Position numbers and translations under genes: made by a program
Assembly: GCF_009914755.1 (NCBI RefSeq)
Contig: NC_060932.1
DNA from: the human T2T-CHM13v2.0 reference genome, Homo sapiens
Reading direction: 5' to 3' (one strand)
Length of the DNA: 64,000 bases
Part shown: in pieces, positions 27,911-41,495 of the stretch
How the letters are laid out: each line of letters opens with the position of its first letter
How positions within the stretch are numbered: the first letter of the stretch is position 1
Notes under the pieces: model-generated
Told to the model about the DNA's origin: nothing
Database searches by the model: none
What the model saw: only the letters and a program-made list of their open reading frames with translations

Positions 27911-29683
27911 AAAAAAAAGTTACAGGAGCTGTTGACCAGAATAACCAGTTTAGAGAGGAGCATAAATGACCTGATGGAGCTGAAAAACACAACATGAGAA
28001 TTTCACAATGCAACCACAAGTATCATTAACCGAATAGACCAAGCAGAAGAAAGAATTTCAGAGCTTGAAGACTATCTTGCTGAAGCAAGACAGGCAGACA
28101 AGATTAGAGAGAAAAGAAAAGGAATGAACAAGACCTCTGAGAACTATGGGATTATGTGAAAAGACGGAACCTATGACCGATTGGGGTACTTGAAAGAGAT
28201 GGGGAGAATAGAACCAAGTTGGAAAACATACTTCAGGATATCATTCAGGAGAACTTACCAAACCTAACAAGACAGGCCAACATTCAAATTCAGGAAATCC
28301 AGAGAACCCCAGTAAGATCCTCCATGAGAAGATCAACACCAAGACACACAGTCATCAGATTCTCCAAGGTCAAAATGAAGGAAAAAATGTTAAAGGCACC
28401 TGGAGAGAAAGGCCAGGTCCCCTATGAAGGGAAGCCCATCAAACTAACTGCAGACCTCTCAGCAGAAACCCTACAAGCCAGAAGAGATTAGTGGCCAATA
28501 TTAAACATTCTTAAAAGAATTTCCAACCCAGAATTTCATATCTGCCAAACTAAGCTTCATAAGCAAAGGAGAAATAAAATCCTTTTCAGACATGCAAATT
28601 CTGAGGGAATTCATCACCACCAGGCCTGCCTTGCAAGAGCTCCTGAAGGAAGTACTAAATATGGAAAAGAAAAACTGTTACCAGCCACTGCAAAAACACA
28701 CTGAAGCACAAAGACCAATGACACTGTGAAGCAACTACATCAACAAGTCTCCAAAATAACCAGCCAACATCATGATGACAGGATCAAATTCATACATAAT
28801 AATATTAATCTTAAATGTAAATGGACTAATTGTCCCAATTAAAAGACACAGAATGGCAAGCTGAATTAAGTCAAGACCCATCAGTGTACTGTATTCAAGA
28901 GACTCATCTCGTGCAGACACAGATAGGCTTCAAATAAAGGGATGGAGGAAAATTTACTAAGAAAATGGAAAGTAGGAAAAAGCATCCTAGTTTCTGACAA
29001 AACAGACTTTACACTAACCAAGATCCAAAAAGACAAAGAAGGGCATTACATAATGGTAAAGGGATCAATTCAACAAGAAGAGAGAACTATCCTAAATGTA
29101 TATGCACAAAATACAGGAGCACCCAGATTCATAAAAAAAGCTCTTAGAGACCTACAAAGGGACTTAGACTCCCAAAAAATAATAGTGGGAGACTTTAACA
29201 CCACACTGTCAATATTAGACAGATCATCAAGACAGAAAATTAACTAGGATATTCAGGACCTGAACTCAGCTCTGGATCAAGTGGACATGATAGATATCTA
29301 CAGAACTCTCCATCCAGAAAACAACACAATATACATTCTTCTTGGTGCCACATGGCACTTACTCTAAAATCAATCACATAATTGGAAGTAAAACGCTCCA
29401 CAGCAAATGCAAAATAACTGAAATCATAGCAAACAGTATCTCAGAATACAGTGCAATCAAATTAGAACTCAAGATAAAGAAACTCATTCAAAACCACACA
29501 ACTACATGTAAATTGAACAACCTGCTCCTGAATGACTCCTGGGTAAATAACGAAATTAAGGCAGAAATCAAGAAGTTCTTTAAAGCCAATGGGAACACAG
29601 AGACAATGTACCACAATCTCTGGGACACAGCTAAAGCAGTGTTAAGAGGCAAATTTATAGCACTAAATGCCCAAAAAGCTAGA

Positions 29684-30155
29684 TGCGGGGGTCTGTCCTG
29701 CAGACCCTGACCCAATGATGGATGAATAAAGTACACTGACACACAGATACTCTGCTTTGCCAGTTCAGCTGAGTGTCTGGGCCACTATTTGCAACCGTGG
29801 CCCCGACTTGCCAGTGAGACTTACATTTATTCAGTAAAGATTAATTGACAAAGGTCATGACTAAACACACCTGTGGGTAATTAACCTGGTCACCCCGACC
29901 CTGGAGAGAGACATCGTGCACCCGCAAATGATCAAAGGTTGGTCTTAAGACCACATGAGTAAATAAGCTCATTAGGTAAACTCCCCACATTCCTTTGTAC
30001 TCACTTTAAGCTATTTACTTAAGGTAAGGATCAGGTTGCCTTCAGCTATAATCCTTACTAAAGCTATGCAAATTTCTCGGCCTTCCAAGAAGGTTTGTGG
30101 CTATTACTATAACTATCTTTAATATTTTTCCCACCAGCCTGAATGAACCCCCACA
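29684..30155 (-). mobile_element. LTR22-like solo LTR (HERV-K22/HML-5) nested in L1 ORF2
   Basis: TG...CA, 472 bp, 6-bp TSD (g/a)ctaga; reverse start tgtgggggttcattcaggctggtgggaaaaatatt matches recalled LTR22. Confidence 0.8.
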
Positions 30156-31118
30156 ACTAGAAAGATCTCAAATTGACACCTTAACATCACAATTAAAAGA
30201 ACCAGAGAACTAAGAGAAAACAAACTCCAAAGCTAGCAGAAAACAAAAAATAACCAAGATCAGAGTGGAAATGAAAGGAATAACCAAGATCAGAGTGGAA
30301 ATGAAAGGAGATAGAGACACACACAACAACAACAACCAAAAAAAAAAAACCCTTCAAAAAAATCAATGAATACACGAGCTGGTGTTTTGAAAAAAAAATT
30401 AATAAAATAGACTACTAGCTAGACTAATAAAGAAGAAAAGAGAGAAAAATCAAATAGACACAATAAAAAATGACAAAGGGGTTAGCACCACTGACCCCAC
30501 AGAAATACAAACAACCATCAGAGAATACTATAAACACCTCTATGCAAATAAACTAGAAAATCTAGAAAAAATGGTTAAATTCCTAGACACATACACCCTT
30601 TCAAGACTAAACCAGGAAGAAGTCAAATCCCTGAATAGACCAATAACGAGTTCTGAAATTGAGGCAGAAATACATAGCTTATCAACAAAAAAAAGCCCAG
30701 GACCAGATGGATTTACAGCTGAATTCTACCAGTGGTACAAAGAGGAGCTGGTACCATTTCTTCTGAAACTATTCCAAACAATTGAAAAGGAAGGACTTCT
30801 ACCTAACTCATTTTATGAAGCCAGAATCATCCTGATACCAAAACCCGGCACAGATGCAACAAAAAAAGAGAACTTCAGGCCAATATCCTTGATGAGTATC
30901 AATGCAAAAATCCTCAATAAAATACTGGCAAACCAAATCCAGCAGCACATTTAAAAGCTTATCCACCATGATCAAGTTGGCGTCATCCCCAGGATGCAAG
31001 GCTGGTCAACATATGCAAATTAGTAAATGTCATTCATCACATAAGCAGAACTAAAGATAAAAACCACATGATTATCTCAATAGACACAGAAAAGGCCTTT
31101 GATAAAATTCAACACTGA

Positions 31119-31424
<306 letters not shown>

Positions 31425-34400
31425 TAAGCCTGAAAGCTTATTAAGCTGATAAGCCCCTTTGGCAAAGTCTCAGGATACAAAGTCAATGTGCAAAAATCAC
31501 AAGCATTCCTATAAACCAACAACAGACAAGCAGAGAGCCAAATCATGAATAAACTCCCATTCACAATTGCTACAAAGAGAATAAAATACCTAGGAATACA
31601 ACTTACAAGGTACGTGAATGACCTCTTCAAAAAGAACTATAAGCCACTGCTCTAGGAAATAAGAGAGGACACAAACAAATGGAAAAACATTCCATGTTCA
31701 TGGATAGGAAGAATTAATATGAAAATGGCCATACTGCCCAAAGTAATTTGTAGATTCAATGCTATTCCCATTAAACTACCACTGACATTCTTCACAGAGT
31801 TAGAAAAAAAACTACTTTAAAATTCATTTGGAACCAAAAAAGAGCCTGTATAGCCAAGACAATCCTAAGCAAAAAGAACAAACCTGGAGGCATCATGCTA
31901 CCTGACGTCAAACAATACAACAAGGCTACAGTAACCAAAACAGCATGGTACTGATACAAAAACAGACACATAGACCAATGGAACAGAATAGAGATCTCAG
32001 AAATAAGACCACACATCTACAATCAGCTGATCTTCAACAAACCTGACAAAAACAAGCAATGGGGGAAGGATTCTCTATTTATTAAAAGGTGCTGGGTAAA
32101 CTGGCTAGCCATATGCAGAAAATTGAAACTGGACTCATTATACAAAAATTATACCTTATACAAAAATTAACTCAAGATGGATTAAAGACTTAAATGTAAA
32201 ACCCAGAACCATAAAAACCCTAGAAGGAAACCTAGGCAATACCATTCAGGACATAGGCACAGGCAAAGATTTCATGATGAAAACATCAAAAGCAATTGCA
32301 ACAAAAGCAAGAATTGACTAACGGAATCTAATTAAACTATAGAGCTTTTGCAAAGCAAAAGAAACTATCATCAGAGTGAAGAGACAACATACAGAATGGG
32401 AAAAAATTTTTGCAATCTATTCATCTGAGAAAGCCTAATATCCAAAATCTGCAAGGAACTTAAACAAATTTACAAGGAAGAAACAAAACAACCCCATTAA
32501 AACCTGGGCAAAGGACATGAACAGACACTTCTCAAAAGAAGACATTTATGCAGTCAACAAACATATGAAAAAAGGCACATTACTGATCATTAGAGAAATG
32601 CAAATCAAAACCACAATAAGATACCATTTGATGCAAATCAGAGTGGTGATTATTAAAAAGTCAAGAAACAACAGATGCTGGCAAGGCTGTGGAGAAACAG
32701 GAACCTTTTTACACTGTTGGTGGGAATGTAAATTAGTTCAACCATTGTGGAAGACAGTGTGGTGATTCCTCAAAGACCTAGAACCAGAAATACCATTTGA
32801 CCCAGCAATCCCATTACTGGGTATATACCCAAAGGAATATAAATCACCTAGAATCAGAAATACCATTTGACCCAGCAATCCCATTACTGGGTATATGCCC
32901 AAAGGAATATAAATCATTCTATTATAAAGATACATGCACACATATCTTCACAATAGTTAAGACATGGAATCAACCCAAATCCCCATCAATGATAGACTGG
33001 ATAAAGAAAATGTAGTACATATACACCATGGAATACTATGCAGCCATAAAAAGGAACAAGATAATTTCCTTTGCAGGGACATGGATGGAGCTGGAAGCCA
33101 TTATCCTTAGCAAACTAATACAGGAACAGAACACCATACACCACTTTTTCTCACTTATAAGTGGGAGCTGAACAATGAGATCACATGGACACAAGGAGGA
33201 GAACAACACACACAGGAGCCTGTGGGGGCAGGGCAGGGAGGGAGAGCATCAGGATAAACAGCTAATGCACGTGGAGTTTAATACCTAGGTGATGGGTTGA
33301 TAGGTGCAGCGAGTCACTATAGCACACATTTACTTATGTAACAAACCTGCAAGTCCTGCACATGTATCCTGGAACTTAAAATTAAATTAAATTTTAAAAA
33401 AAGATATCTTCCTGAGAAAATGTGAGGTACAAGTAAATAAAATAATTATTACTATAACCAACATTGGGAAGTGTAAAAATATAATAATTGATTGTTGTCT
33501 TGGGCTGGTGCCATGAGAGCTGTCTAGGATTCCCATGCAAACAGAGTTATAGTCCCTACTTGGTGGCTGCTTTTAGCTAACTTGGAACATTTTAAAAATA
33601 AATTCTCAACACTGCAACAGCTTTTCAACTATACTTGTCTTTAGAGTTGGCCAAAATATAGACCATGGCAAAATCAGCCTCTCTATAACAGGGCAAGGTG
33701 AGCCAGGAAGGGAACGGCTCCAGGTAAGGAGGCATTCTGATCTAGGTATGAAGAACAAACCATTTTACTGTGCACCTACATCTGGCTTAAAACAAGGGTG
33801 CCAACTAGAGAGATGGAGATCTTTGTAAGTTTCTCCCTACCCATGCCCAACCCTCACAGCATTACAGGATTAACCATCACATCAGCACTCAAATATTTCT
33901 CATATCTGCTTGTCAGAATATTTAGCCTCTAATTCTCTTTTCTCCCTTAGCTGATTTTCCCTAGAAATTTTTGTCTTTGGAATCTATTTTCCTCTTTGAA
34001 CAGGCACATACCACAAGCCTTTTCTGTAAAAGTAGTCATCAACACAGGTGAGGTAGTAAGTGAGGCTTACAACTAAAATCGTTTCAGTCCAGGCAACTCC
34101 CTGTTAAACACAGAGTGGTCCACAGCACTCTTAGAATGGAGGGCCTGCCCCATGTCAAACTTTCAAATGGGCAATATTTTCAGCACCCCTCAAGTTTCAC
34201 TGGGCCAATTGGCTCATTCCTGCATGCAACATATTTTATGTTAATATCCCAACATAAAATATGTTGGTATGTAAAATATTTTATGTTAATATATTTTATA
34301 TTGTCTATCTTCTCTGTTCTCTGCCCTGAAGGAACTCAGTCTCTCAGAAAGACAAGTTAATAACGCTAATTCCACGTGGTATATTCCCTGATTCAGATAA

Positions 34401-34546
34401 GACAGGAAAGGTGTGTCACGCAGCCTGGGAGTAAGAGGGAGAAGAAAGGCTTCCCCAAGGTGAGCTCTGAGCTGCTTCTGCAGAACAAGCACAAGCAGAC
34501 TCAGTGTGGAGAAAATGGCCAAGGATGCATTCCTGGCAGGAAGAAC

Positions 34547-35658
34547 TGTTGTGGGAAGTCAGGGACCCTGAACGGAGGGACCAGCTGGAGCCACGGCAGA
34601 GGAACATAAATTGTGAAGATTTCATTTTAATATGGACACATATCAGTTCCCAAAATTAATACTTTCATAATTTCTTATGCCTGTCTTTACTGCAATCTCT
34701 GAACATAAATTGTGAAGATTTCATGGACATTTATCAGTTCCCCAAAATAATACTCTTATAATTTCTTATGCCTGTCTTACTTTACTCTCTTAATCCTGTT
34801 ATCTTTGTAAGCTGAGGATGTACATCACCTCAGGACCACTATTGTACAAATTGATTATAGAACATGTGTTTGACAATATGAAATCTGATTGTAAAACACG
34901 GGTGTTTGAACAATATGAAATCAGTGCACCTTGGAAACAAACAGAATAGCAGTGATTTTAGGGAACAAGGGAAGACAACCAAAGGTCTGACTGCCTGCGG
35001 GGTTGGGCAGAATAGAACCATATTTTTCCTTTTGCAGAGAGCCTATAAATTGACGTGCAAGTAGGAGAAATATCACTAAATTCTTCTCCTAGCAAGGAAT
35101 ATTAAATATTAAGACCCTAGGAAAAGAATTGCATTCCTGGGGGGAGGTCTATAAACAGCCGCTCTGGGAGTGTCTGTCCTATGTGGTTGAGATAAGGACT
35201 GAAATACGCCCTGGTCTCCTGCAGTACCCTCAGGCTTATTAGGGTGGGGAAAAGATCCCGCCCTGGTAAATTTGAGGTCAGACCAGTTCTCTGTTCTCGA
35301 ACCCTGTTTTCTGTTAAGATGTTTATCAAGACAGTATGTGCACAGCTGAACATAGACCTTCATCAGTAATTCTAATTTTGCCCTTTGCCTTGTGATCTTT
35401 ATTGCCCTTTAAAGCTTGTGATCTTTGTGACCAACTCCATGTTCATACACCCCCTCCCCTTTTAAAGTCCTTAATAAAAACCTGCTGGTTTTGTGGCTCA
35501 GGCGGAAATCATGGACCTACTGATATGTGATGTCACCCCCGGAGGCCCAGCTGTAAAATTCCTCTCTTTGCACTCTTTCTCTTTATTTCTCAGACTGGCT
35601 GACACTTAGAGAAAATGGAAAGGACCTATGTTGAAATATTGGGGGCTGGTTCCCGATA
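34547..35658 (+). mobile_element. MER11 solo LTR (MER11A-like)
   Basis: Starts tgttgtgggaagtcagggacc; perfect 6-bp TSD AAGAAC (34541-34546, 35659-35664); 1112 bp; inserted in an L2-like remnant. Confidence 0.9.
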
Positions 35659-36355
35659 AAGAACAGTGTGCACAAAGCCCATTTGGGTTCCTGCCTCTCT
35701 AGACTTTCTGCTGCACCTTCATAAACACAATCCACTTATGTTCTAATTGTATTGTGGCTGGACTGGTAGGCACTAATTTAATAAGCTGAGGTCATTCTAT
35801 TTAGTTAGATAAAATGTCTATCTTTCATTGGGATATTAGTTGAACTGGTAAGCTGTTGGGAAATCTACCTTTGGGGGACCTCTAGTTTTGTCTCAAACCA
35901 TGCATGTAGGCAGGTGCCTCTTTTACTTATTCCTGGGGCTCACACTCCAGGAGACATGAGTACATGAATCTTAAGATCTGTGTTGTTACTCTTGGAAATC
36001 ATTTGCACAAAATATCATGCATGTCTCTCATAGCATATGTAACCATTAGCACTCTGTAGCATTTGTGGTTAAATGAGGGCTTTTAGTTCTGATTTTTTTT
36101 TTAAAGAAGTTAGTAGACAGGAATTTTTTTAAGTATTTTTAGCTGGAGTCATGTTCAAGGTTTTTTTTTTTTTAATTTTAAAATGCATGCATAAAACAGT
36201 CAGAATTGCACAGTTACTGTTTCTTGGTGTTTTTACTACTCCGATGAAGAATCACTGGAGAAGACCAACAAAGTTATGTAAATTAATCAGAAGGAGCAGC
36301 AAAACAACATGGATTTTAAACATAACTCTGAGTTTCTCCACTTCATTGTCTAGAG

Positions 36356-36575
36356 CAAGCTTGTCCAACCCACAATCTGCAGGTCACATGTGGTCCAGGA
36401 TGGCTTTGAATGTGGCCCAAAGCAAATTCGTAAACTTTCTTGAAACATTATGAGATTTTCTGTGAATTTTTTTTCAGGTTATCAGCTATTGTTAGTGTTA
36501 GTGTATTTTATGTGTGGCCCAAGACAATTCTTCTTCCAGTGTGGCCCAGGAATGCCAAAAGATTGGACATCGCTG
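36356..36575 (-). mobile_element. MER30 hAT-Charlie non-autonomous element
   Basis: TIR-like ends (tgtccaa / ttggaca) and perfect 8-bp TSD GTCTAGAG. Confidence 0.85.
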
Positions 36576-37603
36576 GTCTAGAGTTTGACAATAAAACTGT
36601 GCTGTGTCATTTGTTGTGGCTACTCTGTTGCCTGAAACAAAAGGCAGAACATATGAATGCTTTTATATTGCATTTGAAAAGGGTCTGTGATTTGAATTTT
36701 GGTCAGACATGGCCAATTTTACATAATAGCAAGAACAAGGGCTGTGTGATATACCCCTTCATGCATCCTGTGAAGTAGCTTATTGAACTTCATGGCAGAA
36801 TGGAATATACAGGCTAACAAAGAACATACCAGGATGTTTAAGTTATAGTGGTACCTATTTGTTTTTGATAAACATTTACATAACTTAAACCTACATCAAC
36901 TTGAGTAAAGTTAACATTTCACTGAATAAAACAAAACTTTATAAACATTATTTGTGAAAGATGTCTAAGCAAAGGAATACATTTACAAAATAATGTAGTA
37001 GCTGAACATCCAGGTATCCTCAAAATTGTCCTAATGTTTCTCTCTCCCTTTGGGGCCAGAAGCATCAATGTCAGACCTATTCTGCACCTGGGTTAGAACA
37101 TGTGCTGCAGCAGCGAGGCTTCCAGAGGCCTTGGCTCACTGTGGGTTGGAGGCCTCCCATCTGTCCTTCTGGGTTCCCTGCCTCCCAGATAAGGAGGTCT
37201 GTGTCCTGACTGTTGATCTAGACAGGAAGCTCTCAGTTACTTGCTTATATCAATATCTCAGCGAGTATCTCTCTTTGGAAACTGCGAGGTCCAGTAGAAA
37301 ACCTTTCCATTTCTCAGCTCTCACATCCTTCCTCTTCCCACACTACTCTCATTCCCTTTGCCTACCACACAAAAAAACTCTCCCTGTCCTTCATAAAAAC
37401 AAACAGACCAACATAAACAACAAAATTCACTTGACCCTGTCCCTCTCTTCCAACTTCTTAGAGGTGGAATTTGCACTCTGCCACCTCGAGCTCTGACAGA
37501 TGTGGCCCCCATCCTCTCTCTTGAAGAACAAACGATACTGTCTTCTGGGCTCCTCCTGAGTCTTCAGTAGATGTGTTCCTCTGTCTCTTCCCTCCTTTTC
37601 CTC

Positions 37604-37703
37604 CAGGACCACAGTGTTGCACAGCTGCAAGGGGGGCACATTTCCCAGCACACTTTGGAGTTGTGCAGTACACAGCCTACACAACCACTGGTGACCGTCC
37701 TGG
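37604..37703 (-). mobile_element. Small hAT element (MER91-like)
   Basis: cagg...cctg ends; gagttgtgcagtacacagcctacacaacc motif. Confidence 0.4.
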
Positions 37704-37947
37704 CTTTTGTTCTTCTTTGTGTTTACTTGACCGTGGAGCATTCCAGAATTCTAGCCTATGTGGCCTTTTCCCATTCTTCCCTCTGGGAAATCTCATTTCT
37801 TCTGTTCAACCTAATTAATGTACACCGTTAGCCCAATGACTTTCAGAACTGCATGTTTTGCCTCTATCTCCCTCCTGAGCTTATATATTTCTGAGCCCCT
37901 ACCCCTTCTACCAGAATGCCCATGTAAAACACAACAAAATTCAACAA

Positions 37948-38408
37948 TGTATGAACCTCAAATATCCAAGACAGGTCTCAGTTAATTTAGAAAGTTTATT
38001 TTGCCAAGGTTGAGGACACACTCCCATGACACAGCCTCAGGAGGTCCTGATGACATGATAGAGCACAATTCGGTTTTATACATTTTAGGGAGACATGAGA
38101 CATCAATCAGTTTATGTAAGATGAATATTGATTTGGTCTGGAAGGTGGGACAACTTGAAGCAAAGGAGGACAACTTGAAGTGGGGAGGGGGCTTCTAGGT
38201 CATACATAGATAAGAAACAAATGGTTACATTCTTTTGAGTTTCTGATTAGCCTCTCCAAAGGAGGCAATCGGATACAGATATATCTCAGTGAGCAGAGGG
38301 GTGACTTTGAGTAGAACGGGAGGAAGGTTGGCCCTAAGCAGTTCCTAGCTTGACCTTTCCCTTTAGCTTAGTGATTTTTGGGGACCCAAGATTTATTTTG
38401 CTTTCACA
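37948..38408 (-). mobile_element. MER4A-type ERV1 solo LTR
   Basis: gacaggtctcagttaatttagaaagtttattttgccaaggttgagg...gatttattttgctttcaca. Confidence 0.85.
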
Positions 38409-39289
38409 CTCTCCATGATTCAATTTTTTTTCTCCTCTTTTTCACTCATTTCACTGTCTTTGTTGCCCATCTAGTTGACAAACGAGGACATTCACCATCC
38501 CTTTTTACTCCATAAATACAGAAGCAGAATTGGTCCTTCTAACACCAGACTTGTACTGTCATTCAACTTTTCCCATGTGCAGTAGCTCTCCAACTAGCAC
38601 AGGGACCACAGCTTTGCTGCCTCAGGTTGCGGCTACTCCCCACAAAGCTACTATTCCATAACACATCCCTTCACTTCATTTATAGAATCTACAGTAGGGT
38701 TGAAAGGCAGCACTTAGTGTAGGGAACACTGTTCTAATACTTTAATCAGCATATACCATCTAAGTACAGGCTGTTGTAGGATATCCTGGCTCCACTGACC
38801 TTCTAAAACAATTTGTCTGTCCATTTGTTTCTTGAAGGATGACTCCCAAGTCTCCAGGGTACATTATACCCCAGCCAGTGGTGCTGGCCTTTACTCCTCT
38901 ACCTCCTCAAGCTGTCCCCTCCACATTGTCCCTATGTCCATTCTCCTGCTTGGGCTCCATCCACACTCACCTGCCCTTCCTTCCAGAACAGCCTCTTCCA
39001 GCCCCTCTCCACAGAACCACACTGGCCTGAGTCAGGAGGTCAGTGACAGCCCACTTTCAGTTTCATTTCTCTCCCCAACAAGTCAACCACTGGGGGAAGT
39101 TTGAATGTTGACACACTTCATCTGGGTCCCACTGTGCTTCCCCTCAACAATGCCAAGTGGGGGAAGGTCCAAAAAGTTCACGCCTGTTCATTACTGCCAA
39201 GTGGTCATTCAAAGCCAGTAAGTTATGTCGGTTACAAACAAGCTACAAAAAATTTTGTAACAAAGGTAAAAGTAAGCCCTATTAAGTTG

Positions 39290-39470
39290 TATTTTATATA
39301 TACATATATATATTTTAAATTATACAATTTTATATATAAAACTTTATATATAATTTAAATTATAAAATTATGTTTGCTGCCTCAGATTGCAGCTACTCCC
39401 TATTATTCCATAACACATCATTTTATGTATATATATAAAATGATATATATATTATATATATATAAAATGA
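39290..39470. repeat. AT-rich/(TA)n low-complexity tract
   Basis: Directly visible. Confidence 0.9.
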
Positions 39471-41084
39471 ATGGAAATTGGAAGAGCTGAAGGAATTCTA
39501 TTTTCTTCTTGAACAAGGTGAAATTTTTTATCAGCTGGACACACTTTTTCATGACTGAGCATAAGACATTTTCCATTTCCCCACCCCCATCTTGTTCCTC
39601 AAGTTTTCTATTATTTGGACAGCAAAGAAAGCTTTCCACATAAAGAAAATGTCTTTAAATTAAATGTTTAGAATTTCACATTGTAAATACTTTTGTATTT
39701 ATGACTTTTAGGAAAATCCTCGATCATTAAAACAGCCCTAAGCTTAAAACTTTTTCTAATCAAGGTGGTTTTTAGAGCATGTTCAATTTGCAGTCACTGA
39801 GTCCATTTCTTAACCAGTAACTAAGGAAATTAGGAAAGTACAACCTAATGACCCTGGAATAGGATGGAGTCAAATCACACTCACCATACACTGCTTCTGA
39901 TTACTGAACAGGCTCCCTAAAGATGCTGTGTTCATTACTGGACATTTTTTTGTTTGCAAATTCTAATTCTGAAAGATTTGTTTTACTAAAATCCACGGCA
40001 CAAAGAGTGAGATTTTCTCAATGGCAGCAGGCTTTTTGGTAAATGATATTAGTTTAGAAACACAATATCTTTATAGTCAGAATGAAATTAAAATTTGGAG
40101 GGACAGTTTTGCATTTTTCTAAACTTAAAACCCTGATCAACTGTAACCAATCTTAAAAATAATACAGTTTTCTTATCTATGATTTAGGAAAATATTTTCT
40201 GCATTCAGGCTAAAATTTTAAAACATGTAAAAATGGAAAAAATTAAGGAAATTTTAACACTACTACTAATTAGCATTTACTAAGCATGTTGGCCATTTGC
40301 AGAGCTAAATATATTATTTACATCATTTCCATGTTATAATGACAATAAACATACATAAGGGCGGTTTAACAAAAACTATTGGTTCTGCTGCTGGGGAGAA
40401 ATTCATTCAGCTTCCATTTGCCTTAGTTTTCAAAAACTAATTGGCTTTTTCCCATAATTGTTATTGTCATCTTTCATGATATTGCTGACATAAAATGCAA
40501 TCCTACATCAAGGATTTTTAGCCCCAGAGGAGTAGAGGAGCAATTTTTACAGGCTTTACATATACTTCTCAGCTTTTATACCATTTCTCTACTAGAAGTC
40601 ACAAACTGAAGGTCCTAGGCAAAAAGCAACCTACAAATATGCATGGTTGGGCTTGTGTATTTTTGCCTTTCCATTTCTAAAAATGTAATTAGCTGCTAAT
40701 ATTGAAAAGCTAGGGAATGTCACTTTTGGCTTCCATATTTTCTTGAAACTATGGCCCAAATCCCCAAAGGCCATCAATTAGCTAAGTAACTGGCTGCCCC
40801 ATTAGCAAGAGCTGCCTCTGCCTTCATTACCATCCCCACACACTCCAAGCTTCAGGCTAGTTGCTATTCATCACACAGTAGTCTGCCTTTCATCTACCCC
40901 ACTTCCCTCAAATTGTTTACTGGCAGGTTCCCAGAGATATTTAGGTTTGTAATTCCTGTCCTGAATTGCAAACATGATACTAATAGTGAAAACTTCCATA
41001 GTGTTTACTAGAGCTAAGCAATTTTCTAGGTACTTAAAATGCATTAATTCATTAAATCTTCAAGATAACCAATAGGGTGAAGAG

Positions 41085-41495
41085 TGCATCAGTCTGTTTT
41101 CACACACTGTGATAAAGAAATACCTGAAACTGGGTAATTTACAAAGAAAAGAGGTTTAATTGGTTCATGGTTCTGCAGGCTGTACAAGAAGTACAGCAAC
41201 TTTTGCTTGGCTTCTGGGGAGGCCTCAGGAAACTTACAATCATCGCAGAAGGCAAAGGGGGAGTGAGAACTTCACATGGCCAGAGCAAGAGGAAGAGAGA
41301 CGCAAGAAGAGCTATATACTTTTAAACAACCTGATCTTGTGATACCTCTCGCCATGACAACACCAAGGGAGGTGGTGTTAAACCATGAGAATCCGCCCCC
41401 ACTATCCAATCACCTCCCACTGCACCCCACCTCCAACATTGGGAGTTACAATTGAACATGAGATTTGGGTGGGGACACAGATCCAAACCATATCA
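41085..41495 (-). mobile_element. MSTA-like MaLR LTR inserted in a MIR
   Basis: aaagaaaagaggtttaattggttcatggttctgcaggctg...gagatttgggtggggacacagatccaaaccatatca; MIR-like sequence on both flanks. Confidence 0.85.
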
